Assembly (NCBI GenBank): GCA_023515725.1
Contig: JALDTO010000215.1
Span: 397,053 to 461,052 of the forward strand
Direction of reading: 5' to 3'
DNA from: Amoeboaphelidium protococcarum X5
Lineage: Eukaryota > Fungi > Aphelidiomycota
Length of the DNA: 64,000 nt
Below the pieces are notes generated by a model that was not told the origin of the DNA, did not search any database, and saw nothing but the letters and a program-made list of their open reading frames with translations. Of this stretch, positions 1 to 12,672 are shown one piece after another. How positions within the stretch are numbered: the first letter of the stretch is position 1; every line of letters begins with the position of its first letter. Position numbers and translations under genes: made by a program.

Positions 1-1173
1 TCCGGTAATATTCTACAGATAAATAATAGGAACATTCTTCATGTTACACAACTGGATAAATTGGACTGCTTTATTAGCATCCTCAGGGAATATAGGATTA
101 TTGTTTGAGATTATACCCACAGGGAACCCATGAATATGCGCCCAACCAGTAATTAAATTAGGACCATAGAGGGGCTTGAAATCACTAAATCTACTCCCAT
201 CTACAATTCTAGCTATAACTTCCATCGCGTTAAATGGAGTCTTTATACTGGCAGGCAGGACGCTAAGAATCTCATCCGGAGAGTATACAGGTTCTGAATA
301 CTGGTGGAATAGATGCTACTACGGCAGCGGGGTCAACTTTTACCAATTGAAATACTTTATAAACTCTCTCACCTTCTTGATAGCATCATATTCATCCATT
401 GCCAAATGATCAGACACGCCAGACTTTCGCGAGTGCATATCAGCGCCGCCCAGAGACTCATCATCAACCACCTCATTCGTTGCCATCTTTACCAGAGGTG
501 GACCGGCCAAGAACACCTTTGCCTTATCCTTAACCAACACCGTGTAATCAGCCATACCAACAGTATAGGCACCGCCTGCGGTCGAACTTCCGAAACATAC
601 AGTGGCAGTGGGAAGACCCATTTTACTTCTCTCAGCCATATGTCTGAACGATGCACCACCAGCATGGAATACTCGAAACTGCTGAGATAGATTAGCCCCG
701 GCAGATTGAGTCAAATTGATGGAGGGAAGTCTGTTCTCTACACAAATCTAATGCAAACGGGCAGTCTTCATCACTGCAGCTTCATTTATAGCACCACCGG
801 CCATAGTCGCTACATTAGCACTAATCATGCACTCAACGCCATTAACGAGACCGATGCCAGCAATAACAGACGCTCCGGTTGGAATACCATCTTACCCATG
901 ACCAGCTAGAGCCAACAACTCCAAGAACGGTGAACCTTCATCAAGTACCAGTTCCACTCTATCTCTAGCGAGCAGCTGATGTCTCTAAAATTAATGTCTT
1001 GACACAACATCAGCCTTTTTGTGCTTTCCACTTCCATCAGAATTAACAGGAGGAGCTTGTAACAATCCCTGCAACAAGTTCTAGTTCAACTCATTAATCA
1101 CACCCAAATGATGTTCCCGATTCTTCTTGCACTACTCGCTACCAACAACAATCTGCGACTTAATCACTGACAT
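1..1173 (-). CDS. Acyl-CoA carboxylase carboxyltransferase (methylcrotonyl/geranyl-CoA carboxylase beta-like), 3' end outside window
   Basis: One frame from ATG at 1173 with TAR=Gln ([11 protein letters not shown]...[19 protein letters not shown]...STAGGAY...[13 protein letters not shown]...LGGADMH...ARIVDGSRF); carboxyl-transferase motifs. Confidence 0.9.
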
Positions 1174-1397
1174 TATTACTTACGGCAACTTTAAATTAAG
1201 TCCTACTAAGTCGACGCTGTGATGATAAACGACAGTAACAGGAACACCGTGGGAACGACTCTAAATGGTCTCTAGCGGAATCGAAAGCGCGTCGCTCTTT
1301 CCTTTGTGCGCATTCGATCACTTAAATCTTCTGCTTTACAACTTGGCGATAGAGTAGAACTTGGAATCTAAAGCATCGAATACTTAATACATACAGA

Positions 1398-1771
1398 ATG
1401 GTATGCTTAGAGATATTTTTGTTATTTTCAATCAACTTAATCATAATTCAATGTAGACTGCTCTGTTTAATTTCGAGTCTCTATTGTTAGTCATTCTGCT
1501 GAGTATATGCACTCTTACGTACGTCAAGTATCAATTCCCCTCTCTCCTCCCAGATTCCAAGTATCGACCTACCTCAAACAGTAATATTATTCTATTCTTC
1601 TTGACATTATTCAACTTTCCCAACATCCTTATGGTTTTTGTAGATGATATTACTAGCACAGGTGGCGTGTTTGGTCTAATGTGGAAGTTGGCGCGTATTG
1701 GTGAAAGATTGTCGTTTTACGTGGCGCTGTGTTGTATTGTAATGTCTGTGCGGATACTTGTGAAAGATTGA
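1398..1771 (+). CDS. KSH1: Protein Kish (TMEM167/Ksh1)
   Basis: ATG-only first exon, introns 1401-1456 and 1561-1656; spliced product M-TALFNFESLLLVILLSICT...WKLARIGERLS is the Kish signature. Confidence 0.88.
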
Positions 1772-1929
1772 TGAGAAAATATGAAGTGAACAACTTCATT
1801 TAGATTATGCGTAGACGTTGCGATTATCGTAAAGAGTTGAAAATCTCAAATTGCAATATACAAATTTCATTACAGTATGAAAACTAGCCATTCAATGATA
1901 AAGAACATCAGCGCAAAAACAACATTGTA

Positions 1930-2503
1930 TCACTTTGTCAGATCCGCGGATCCTCTAGCAATCTCAATCACCACTCCGATTTGGCCTTCAAGATGACTAA
2001 CTCGTCCGCTCACTTGATCAATCTTGTCCGAAAGCCTCTGGTCTCGGGCCTTCATATCGTCCGAGAGAGTTTACAACAAATTTCTCAAATCTTAGCTTTG
2101 GTGTCTTTGACTCTCTTCAAGCTTCTACATGCTCTGGTTTTGACTCACTTCAAGCTTCTACATGCTCTGGTTTTGACTCTCTTCAAGCTTCTTCATGCTC
2201 TGGTTTTGACTCTTCTCCAAAGCTTGCAAACTATCTTTGATGGGCTGTATCATAAGATTCCCTACTGTCAATACACCGGCAGTGTATGTCGCAACAAAGG
2301 TGAAAACCAGCTACGCAGTACGATAATTTTTGTTCAGAAATTGGCCCCATGATTCTTCATGCTGAGGCCCATTTCCATTACCGTGCACGCTTCTGCGGAA
2401 TAATAATCTACGCAATGCCACAGTAATCAATGTGGCGTCAAGATAGTGTGATTGACCTGATACAGTGGAGTCGTTGCACAACACGGTTGATGGTTGAAAA
2501 CAT
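1930..2503 (-). CDS. Uncharacterised single-TM coiled-coil protein with a probable mitochondrial presequence
   Basis: MFSTINRVVQRLHCIR (intron 2408-2456) LLFRRSVH..., hydrophobic segment LVFTFVATYTAGVLTVGNL, then (KLEESQNQSMQ)n coiled coil; TGA at 1930-1932. Confidence 0.65.
2106..2222. repeat. 33-bp coding tandem repeat, about 3.5 copies
   Basis: ttgactctcttcaagcttctacatgctctggtt repeated; encodes an 11-aa unit on the minus strand. Confidence 0.9.
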
Positions 2504-2584
2504 TTTCGCGGCCCCTTAACCGAAGCGAAGGCGATAGATGGTTGAAAACATTCTCGCGCCCCCTTAACCGAAACGAAGGCGATA
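2489..2584. repeat. 48-bp direct tandem duplication spanning a start codon
   Basis: gatggttgaaaacattttcgcggccccttaaccgaagcgaaggcgata at 2489-2536 and a copy with 3 mismatches at 2537-2584. Confidence 0.9.
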
Positions 2585-2891
2585 AAATTGAACGAATTAC
2601 AGTAAATATCGCCCTGACGCGTTGACTGATGATACTGTTGGATTATACTTTATTACTTCTGACTATTCACTAAACCACTACCTGATAATGCACTTCTCAC
2701 TTGCAATAATCGGCCCCCAGAAAAGATCAATGACGCACTCTGCAGCCTTGATAACGCCACCAATTGCTGCGCCACCCCCATTACGTCACCTCTCAACTCT
2801 GCATCTAATCAAGAGTCACTTTAAGATCTTACGCGACCGTATCATGTATTGAAAATCTACAGCTGTACAAATACGCAACTACTATTTTACA

Positions 2892-4913
2892 ATGTTGCTC
2901 AACAGTGAGTAGACTTCAATTCTGCATATACTCAAAGCTGCCTTTTTTGATTGCTCATTTACTTGTTCCCAGGCATTCCCTCTATTTTCTGCAGATGGCG
3001 AAGCTGAATGGAGTTACGACAAGTGGTCCGTAAGTTGAGCGAGAGTTGATCAACTTGCAGACATATCGTCCTCTTAGTCATATGAACTCTGCTTTTCTAA
3101 TTTCTCTATTTAACAACTTTACAACTGTGCAGGATAGTCTGAGGAGGACGCGTTCGTTAACATACAGCGTCGCTTGTTCAACATGAGAACGGTTAGTCCT
3201 AATCGCTGCGCGATGCCTATTCTCGACATACACTGCTTTCGCTTTCGATCTGGAGCTAAGAGCGCACATAATTAACAGTCCATCTCACTTGGCATCGTCA
3301 ATCTTGACAGAGTGCTGCTAAAGCTGTTTAATCGTTCCAAAATCAATCAGCTATCACTTGACAACATTAGAGACTAGGACGCTATCTGCTGATTCCATAC
3401 TCACCTCAATTTGGAAAACTTTCATTCTTAAAGCTTTGCATCACTATATACGACTCCACACTAATCATTACTACTGAGCAACTTATGCGCTGACTATACG
3501 CTCCAATTTCGATCGCGATCGACACCTCATCATTAGCAAGCCACTGCATTCGCATTTAACGAAACAACGACTGGCTCTTGATCTTTCAGGGACTAACGCA
3601 ACTCGAGATACACCTTTTCATATGTTCATAAAGATCTGACAAGGCTGCTGGACGAATATTATACCAAATTGACACCGTAAAACCAATCACACATATATAT
3701 ACGCAGTAAAAAGTGCATATGTACACTAACCAGAGTCAATAATTCTAAATCTAGGAATATGAAAGCATTACAGCAACAGCAGTTGTATTTCCAAAAGGAG
3801 TCTTAACCAGACACGCCGGAGTAACCTGCGAGCAGTTTTTTAATCTCACCTTGTGTACCGCACGGCCGCGACTCTCTATCGTAGCTATGCATCTAATCCA
3901 ATCACCAGCTCAGAAGTACACAGGGTAACCATAAACCAGCGTTTCTTCGCTCTAAGGCATTGTTAATCACTAACTAAATGGCTGGATATCTTCCTTAATA
4001 TCTGGCTGGCTGAAGTACAATGATCGCCGGATCCAACTAAAGATTGTACTTTGTAAGAGCGTCTTTCCCAAAACTTGATTCATCAACTTCAAGTACACGG
4101 TGTATAGCCTGAATTATATACACTAAATCTACTGGCAACAGAAAGCAATAGATGGGAGGTAATCTTTAGCTGCGACTTCGGTGATGCAACCAATATTAAA
4201 CATCGACAAAGTAATGGACATTGGCTTTACTTCAAACTAGGAGATGATGATATTACTGCGCACTTATTAACAGTCCTTGACCAATGGACTTTGGCATCAC
4301 CAAACCGGCTATCGCAGTTCGTATGATTGACTCTTACGAGGAGACTAACGAAGCATTCCCTTTCACAAGCACAACATTGTTGTGGCAGCTGATGGATAGC
4401 TACCGTATAGAACATTCAGCTAGACTATTAGATAGCTAAGCAGTAATGCTTCTGTCTTCAGCATGCCATGGAACGACCCGATCAATGCAAGAAACTAAGT
4501 ACTTTCCTCTATCTCCTCCTTCCTATCCCTATTCACTCATTGGACCATGACTATGTGTAGAATATCGTACGCCAAACTGCCACGTACATTGTAGACAATC
4601 TTCGCAAGCCTTGGTAATACAATAAACTAAATGTCATAATAATGTCCGGATCGCGCGTAATCGCTGTATATCGAAAGAACAGTTCACGAATTTCTAACAG
4701 CGTCATCAATCTTGGAAATACCACAGCCAAAGCAATACACAACAACACTGACATCATTTAAACGCCTTACATACTTATCAGTGCAAAATTAAAGGCCAGA
4801 AGAGCTTTGAAATCTCTCTGGCAAGCGAGAGATCACATAATCAACATCTAGTATTATGCGATACATTACTTGCAAACAATCAGACATGAACAATCTAGGA
4901 CTTGTATTCTCTG
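2892..4913 (+). pseudogene. Possible degenerate or orphan gene
   Basis: Splice-like signals near 2905-2994 and several long code-6 open stretches (about 3130-3390 and 4393-4913) broken by TGA stops and frame changes; no recognisable domain. Confidence 0.25.
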
Positions 4914-4957
4914 AACCAGTAGCAGCATCCACAAGTGAGACGTCTCACGTGCACACC

Positions 4958-5120
4958 CAGTGGCGTATCTAGCGCTACGCAAGGGTACGCGCAGCGTACC
5001 CAAAATTTTGAGATTAGACACTTTTACTAGCAAATTTTCTACCTGTTTCTAAATTATTGTTCGGATAAACTTTTTTAACGTGGTGTGCGTACCTGGAATT
5101 GAAAGCTAGTTACGCCACTG
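4958..5120. mobile_element. 163-bp non-autonomous hAT-type MITE
   Basis: TIRs cagtggcgtatctagc / gctagttacgccactg (15/16 match) flanked by an exact 8-bp TSD tgcacacc (4950-4957 and 5121-5128). Confidence 0.92.
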
Positions 5121-6200
5121 TGCACACCGATCAAGAGCAGATTGAAGAACAGTGATAAGCATCGGGGCACATTTACAAGCGCACACTCTGTAAGTCGAGC
5201 CAGCCAGCCTTAGCCATGATTCATTCAAAATGTCAGATTTATGATCAAACATCCACATGGAGCTGCTGCGCCTCATGTCGCAATATTCCCACGCTAAGGT
5301 TAAAAGTGATACGGACTCAGATAAGGTCAAGCATGAGAAACTTTTCATGATAAGAAATATAGTAACTCATATCATCAACTCTACTTATCATTTCTTAACA
5401 CAAAAGAACACTGCTTGTGAGCGCATAACCAATGTCGGATACAATAGGATGCTAATGAATGGATGAACATGATGCGTTACAATATCGCATTCAGAGAGGA
5501 GACCAACGGCCACAAAACTACAAGTAATTTCATACACACTTACTCACTACACAGTACTGCGCTTACGACAGACTGGGGATGCGACACATTAGGCACCACA
5601 GAATTTCATGGCCCGCATCTATCAGCTGAATCATGCCACATATATATACTTCATATCATAGGAGCAATAGATAGATATTCAATATCTCTCGCATCCGTTT
5701 GAAGTAATGCATGCTGGACAAGTAGCAAAGTCTTGCAATGACACACGCACACCCTTCTTTTTCTTATACAAAAAAAAATTCAGGTACCCCTGAAATTTTT
5801 GGATTAATACATCGTGTCATTTTAGCACAAGCTGATAATATTTTGTTCTACAACTGCCAATAGTCTTAAAATGTGCTCTATAATAGCCATGCCAAATTTC
5901 ATGTCCATACTCCATCGGGAACATACTCAATTCTCACATGCCCAAATTGGCACCTACATGAATCCGTTGGGAAAACACGTAAGATTTTATGATCACCTTA
6001 TAGAAGAATTCACGACAAGCTCAAATACGGTAAAATCAAATCTGATTTGTTGAATTCTATTGAAAATTTACGCGTCAAAGTTCAAACTGTAATTACCCCT
6101 TAGTGAATTGTATCAGTTAGATCGACACAGTAGAAACGGCAACACGCGCTTGCTTCAAAACTGTAAAATGTGACTGTATACAGTAGAAACTTCTCAAATT

Positions 6201-7108
6201 TCATGGTGGAGTACACGCTTCATGACAACATTTAATGATGTGATGCACAATGCGGTACACCTGCAACACCTTGGATTCGTCATAAAAACGAAGGTCCAAT
6301 AGAAATTCTTCACTTTGCCACAAACGGCTATCTTCATCAATATGAACGAACTGCCATTGCTTTGCATTAGAGAGAATTTCCCAGACGCGCTTTTTGGCCT
6401 TGCCAGCATCCTCTCGAGTTTTGTATAGAGATGCGGCTTCTGCGACACATTGCCACAGGTCTTGTTCTCCTATGCTTGTCTTTGCTGCGACAGCGACCAC
6501 ATGAACTTCCCGTGGAATAGTGTTATCAAAGATATCTTTTCCTTTTCCAAACCCAACAGTGTAATCAGTTACTCCACTCAATTTGCGTTTCTTTGGACCA
6601 TTCGTTTCCACCACTGTAACTTGTAGTTCCGGAAAGATACGTAGATCACCACCACCACCAAACTCTTGGCGAAGAATAATATCACTGAGAAACAGGTTGA
6701 GGAAAATACGACGTCCGGCTTCATTTTGCTGATGGAAAGCTCTGGATACCTCTTCAAATTTTGTTTGGAAGCCAGGCCGTGGTTGAATTGAAACGTTGAC
6801 AGTGTAACCGGTCCACCTTTGATATGCGGTATTGACTCCAGTGACTGCTTGAATCCATTCGCTGTCGGCTTCAGAGAAAGACTTGGTAACTGGAAGTCAT
6901 CCTTCATTGCGAGCTTGATGATAAAGAATTCGTAGCGCGTAATTGAGGCTCTAGCATCGGCAAGACGCATGTCGAGTCGAGGCAATTCCTCTTATTCATC
7001 TGAGGTAAGCACCTGCTTTCGTTCCACTTTCTTCAAAGCAGCTCTCTGATCGATAAGATCTTTAATCTCTTGTTCTACGGCAGCCAGTTGTTGAACGCAC
7101 GAATCCAT
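6201..7108 (-). pseudogene. Crinkler-type PD-(D/E)xK restriction-endonuclease-fold protein, frameshifted
   Basis: N-terminal coiled coil from ATG 7108, one frameshift near 6893, then NEAGRRIFLNLFL...GVTDYTVG...VVAVAAK...LWQCVAEAA...VWEILSNAKQWQFVHID; the expected ExK reads AAK. Confidence 0.7.
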
Positions 7109-7312
7109 TTTGTTGTGTTTTGGTTTTTTCAGGAGTAGACCACATGATCTTACTCAATTCTGATCGCCTCTACAGTATTTCTTCTTCTTTAGTAGAAGCA
7201 GAATTAGTCGCTGATTATTGGTCACTGATCATTAGTTGATGCTCTCATTTTAAAATATATACAGTATAGATATATTACTTATCAATTCTCATACGTGAAC
7301 TGAAAATCTATT

Positions 7313-10300
7313 ATGGAAGTTATTGATCTTACAGCGGAGGATGATGGACAGAGATTCCGTTAGTTGGTAAATGAAAGATTACCTAATCAGTTGGATGGAT
7401 TATCACTACTAGGTATATATCCTGCGTATGGAAAATTGCTGTTTCCTTTGAGATATTTATTAAATAACGCACGTCAGAAGTATTAGGAGGGTTATCAAGT
7501 GGGTGGGGATCATAATAATGATTATGATTCAAATGCTGCTGATCTGTTCAAAGTGTAGTTGAAGTGCTAGTAGTTACCAGGTGATATTGGGCACGAGTTG
7601 CACATCTTAGTCCCGAATACTCATAACCCATAATAGTCATAGCTGATCGGTATTATCTGTCAAGATAGTGCCAAAATTATTTTTAGATTTCTGATGGATC
7701 CCTTCTTACAGTAGAATGTTCAAGTATCCGTCACCATTCCTGTTCATAATGCTCACCGGTAATCTCTGAATAGTCCCAGTAAGTAGTTCAAATGCTATTG
7801 CTGGATATCCCTGTATGGTGATCCAAGACAATTGGCGGATATCAGAAAAGTGTGTCAATTGCTGGATATGAATGTTGTACCTAGAGATATCGCGATTGAT
7901 TAGTATGCTGGAGTCCCTCTTGGTGGTGCTTCTTCTTCGTCATCATCTTCTATGAACTGTCAATAGAATGGAATTAGAGAAGCTGTCACGCAGAATCACA
8001 TTATTGATTCTCTCAAGAATTTGCAGAGTGATGACAGTATTGAGGAGAGTGAGTAACCTGCTGCACTGAAATCTGATCTATTTTCTCATTAGAAGATGGC
8101 GTTGACTTTTATGAAGAATCGCGAGTCTGGGCGTGGCAATAGTGTTGTGGGGTCTTTTTATAAGTAGCAGGGACTCGATTGCTGGCTTAATACTGTCACT
8201 AGTACTAATTAGGATAATGTTCCAGATGAGCCCAAAGGTGGAATTCTGGCTGACGATATGGGTCTGGGAAAGACGCTTACGGTGATTTCTCTTATTCTAT
8301 GCCATCCATTCGTTGCTTAGAATATCAATTAACGCGGTAATATTCCTGCAGCACCTTAAGCGTAAAATAATTAATAGGCAGTTTTGGAAGCTAAAGCAAC
8401 TCTGATCATATGTCCTGTGTCTGTTATATCTTCGTGGTAGGATTAGTTACAGGAGCACGTTGAGTTTGATAGTCGACTGGATGTGTTGGTATATCATGGC
8501 AAGGATCGCGAGAAATTGCAGGATCCTGCCATACTTTAGAAATATGATGTTATTCTTACTACTTATGAGACTGTAAGAGCAGATTACAAGAAGCATGGTT
8601 CTATTGTGACATGCAAATAGAAGAAGAGGAAGACTTAGAAGCAGAATCCGCCTATCAATGCTAGTTAGATTGATCAACTCTAAGATCTTCTCGATAATGA
8701 TGATAATCTGGCACTACTTGATGAGGCTGTACAGCTGGGACGTAGTTAGAGATCGACAACTATTAGTGACTCTGATTCTGATTGTAGAGATGATGAGGCG
8801 GAGGATGGTAATTAGAGGGCCAGAGCTCCTATGGAGCGACATAAGAGTCCTTTATTTTCCCTGCGCTTCCATAGAATTGTTCTGGATGAAGCTCATTATA
8901 TCAGAGAGAGTGCTAACATTACATCTGAGGCAGTATATCAGCTCAAGGCAGATCGTAGATGGTGTCTGACGGGAACACCAATTGTCAATAAGTTGGAAGA
9001 TTTATTTGGATTGATCAAATTTTTGAGAATTGAGCCATTTAGTGATGAGAAAGTATGGAGGAGTCGCTTCAGTAAGACTGCACTCCCTAATGCCAATTAG
9101 TCTAATTATTATATTCCACCTGGCGTGTTACAGCGGGCGGATGAAAGTATGGTCATGCTTAGAACTCTTATGAAGTGTATCATGCTCAGAAGAACTAAGG
9201 ATTAGAAAGTTAATGGCAAAAAGATCATTGACCTCCCACCAAAGGACGAGTAGATTGTGTACATTGAATTGTCACCTCAGGAGAGGAAGTTGTATGATCA
9301 TGTGAAGCAATTTGGTGTTACGCTGTTCAAAAGACTTGTGGCAACGGACGAAGTGATGAGGCATTACACTCAGATTTTGGAGATTTTCCTGAGATTCCGG
9401 TAGATATGTACACACTCTAATATGTGTGATGGTAAGCTCGACAAGATGCTGCATGGATCCTTTTAATCACTATTTCACAACAGCAATGATGGTCATCAGT
9501 TTGCATTTAGCTTGGATATGGCCAAGTAGATGTTTATGGCTTTGCAGGAGAGTGGCGATGATATCTGTAGTCAGTGTATGGAGTATGTCACGTAGTAGGA
9601 TTGCTAGAATTGGTGTCTGATCACCAGGTGTAGTCATTTGTTTTGCAGCAAATGCGCAGATGAAATGCTTGATGCTGACGCTAACCAGTGTCCCGCTTGT
9701 GATTAGATGATTAAATTGTCAACTTCTGCTCTCTCTGCTCGAAAGCCTGACGTTCATAGAATTCCATTTGACCAGTTACCGTCTGTGGTGTAGAATGGCA
9801 ACAATCGTGATGGTCGCACTACACCTGGCTCCGCTTCATCTTCTCAAGCATCTTCATCGTCTCGATAGCTCGCTATAGCCAATCGTGCGGATGGTGGCGA
9901 TGATGATGATGATGATGATGATATAAGAATTGTGGGTAATGATTTGGATGCTGAGTTGCGTCAAAGGGAAGACATTGAGCTATTTGGTCTTGTTGACGAC
10001 GATCCTCAGTATAATGGCAGATATTCAAAGATTGAGTGTCTCAAAAAGGAAACTCTGAGTGCAAAGTTTTAATATGTTCTCAAAGATCTACTTCAACACT
10101 TGGATACAAAGAGTGTGATATTCAGTCAATGGACAACTTGTTTGAACATCCTGGAGCATCATTTGAATAGACATGGTGTTAAATTTACGCGTTTGGATGG
10201 GCAATGCAATTTAGCACAGCGTTAGGAAGCTCTTTAATAATTTAAGAATGATAAGAGTGTTCATGTACTTATCATGTCATTAAAAGCCGGTGGTGTTGGT

Positions 10301-10897
10301 ATCAATTTAACCTGTGCCACCAGAGTGTATTTGATGGATATATGGTGGGCGTAGGCTTCAGAGTAGTAGGCTATTGATAGAGTTCATCGCTTGGGGTAGA
10401 CACATCCTGTCACTTGCATCCGGGTTATCGTGAGTAATTCCATTGAGGAGAATGTGCTCAATTTACAAAAGAGGAAGGCTGAAATCGCGTAAATGGCTCT
10501 GTCTGACAAGAAATTGGCTGGATTGAACGGCAATATTGATGGCACAGCTGAGGAAGATGCGGATAATCAGATTGATGTCAAAGGTAAAGGTCCTAAGAAG
10601 AGGGAAAGAGCAAAGCGCCGCCTGGACAGATAGAAAATGCTTAATTAGCAGAGGCGGATGCGCGTAGAAGATTTGCAGTATCTATTTACAGGTGGCAATA
10701 TGGATGATGAGTTTGGAGTGGAAGATAATAATAGACAAGGCTCATCGAGATAGAATAGCTAATAATAGTAGGCGCGTTAGAATGATCGCACAAGAACTTA
10801 GAAAGACGATGATCAGTCTAGTGACGATTTTGAGATACTGCCTGATGTTAAGCATTTCAGCAAGAAGTAAAAGGCACCAGTGATTATTATTTAGTGA
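7313..10897 (+). CDS. Rad5/HLTF/Uls1-like SNF2 helicase with RING finger (1194 aa)
   Basis: Continuous code-6 frame; [33 protein letters not shown]3HC4 RING (CSQC...CSHLFCSKC...CPAC), [18 protein letters not shown]; degenerate HIRAN-like N-terminus. Confidence 0.93.
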
Positions 10898-11115
10898 AAT
10901 TAGAATCAGTTTACTACCACTCCATGTTTTGAGAATGCTTTTTTTTCCATTTACAAAACACAATGCCAACCATGTATAAAATGGCGACGAGCGTCCTAGT
11001 AATAAATATAAAGCTAGTGTGAAAGATGATTGAGTCAACAAAAAATGTAGCATGTATTAATACTGTTAATCAATCAATATCACACATACAATGGTTATAT
11101 CAATGATGGATGTAA

Positions 11116-12672
11116 TCAACCGGATGCTTAGTTTACAATCAGACTAACGATACATACTGGCATCACAATACATCCAGTGATAAGTAAAATCATCGCGAAA
11201 ACTCTAGTCATAGTCCATGATTTACCCTCAGTTGCTTTCAAGTAGAAAAGACTAGGAAGGATATAGCAGATGGTCGTACTACCGGTCGCACCAACATAAC
11301 CCAACACCAGACTGAGATCACTGACAAAGAACGCAATGATATAACTCAGGAGCAGAATAACAAGAGTCATACAGATGAATTTAGTATTATTCATCTTCTT
11401 TGTTATAGCAGTTACACTGGAGAAATTACTAAACACACTAAAATGCTTTCCCTTCACAGTGCTAACATCCTAAGCACTAGCTGGCGATAGAGACACGGAT
11501 CCTTGATACTATTATTACTATTCCGCTGTCGATGGATCTTACTATGGTACAGATCTGTACGCATCAGCAGCTCTACTTATAATCTTATCCAAAGACGCCC
11601 GGCATGGATGCAACTACAAAGGATACGAGAACAGCATCAGAATCGCGTACGCAATACGCCCAATGGTGACTGGCCACGACTTTTAAAAATTTATTATTAT
11701 ATTACCAGCCGCGTCATTACCAAACATCAAGTATCCGAAAATACCAAATGCAATATAAGACACCATGGAAATTCCAATACAACTAACAATCACAAAATTG
11801 AGTCTCTTCAAAGAGTTATTGCGGAGTTCATTATGCACAGAAAACAGATTCTAATGACAGGTGAACGCAAATACAAATACAGGCAATGCTTTAAGGAAGG
11901 TTAGCTTTGGAGCAAATATCTCAATATTCTCAACCGGGATGTGAGATTGCGTGCCATTAAAGAACATGTACACGATGAGGACCATCAAATACAGAATACC
12001 ACCCAACGCGACAAATGAAGTGTACTTTAAAGAGTCTAATCGCTTCAGGAAACATAACGGAGTAATGACAGCCATGAAAATAGTAATCCACATCTACCTG
12101 GTCAACAGTACGTGTCCCTCAGGAAAGACGTTAAAATCATGTAGTACAGATGGTGCCAAATCTCCGATAATCACCAGATATGACACGCCAACACCAAAGC
12201 ATTTAATAGCCACTGCAATGTCAAAGAATACAGCAGCTTGGGGATACGTGATCTTGCTCACAGAATTGAATGATGCCGAGCGGCCAACCAGTGCAGCGCA
12301 TCTAGCCAACAAATAAAGTCCAAAAGCAGCTGCAGATCCACTGAGCATTATCACAATCACCGCCAGACCGATGCCGAGCGTAGTTATAGCATTCGGCATC
12401 GCAAGTAGTCCAGCACCCATTATAGTATTCAGGATATTAATCATACTAGATGGTATACCCGCAGTGCCATCTCCATGATCATCATCCATCGGCACAGATT
12501 ACTCCAAATCTAGGTATTGTACATCAGTGTCATCACTCACAGAGATACTCTACTACTTATTAATATTACTATTGCTACTGGTATGCTCTACATCTTGATG
12601 CACTAGCAATGGTTGACTGTACAGCTACTCTGATGAGGAATCACGACTAGCAAATTGTTATCTCAAACTCAT
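11116..12672 (-). CDS. Vacuolar amino-acid transporter (AAAP family, Avt5/6/7-like)
   Basis: NILNTIMGAGLLAMP, FAFTCHQN, VGATGST motifs; about 11 TM segments; TGA at 11116-11118. Confidence 0.92.

Noticed and set aside
1981-2352. Plus-strand ORF with FKLLHALVLT repeats, or a CRISPR-like array
   Set aside because: These are contiguous 33-bp coding repeats without spacers. The minus strand gives a coherent gene, and the context is eukaryotic.
6578-6890. C-terminal part of the 135-aa ORF as real protein
   Set aside because: Below about 6893 the alternative frame carries the family motif NEAGRRIFL and is continuous with the 6201-6614 ORF.
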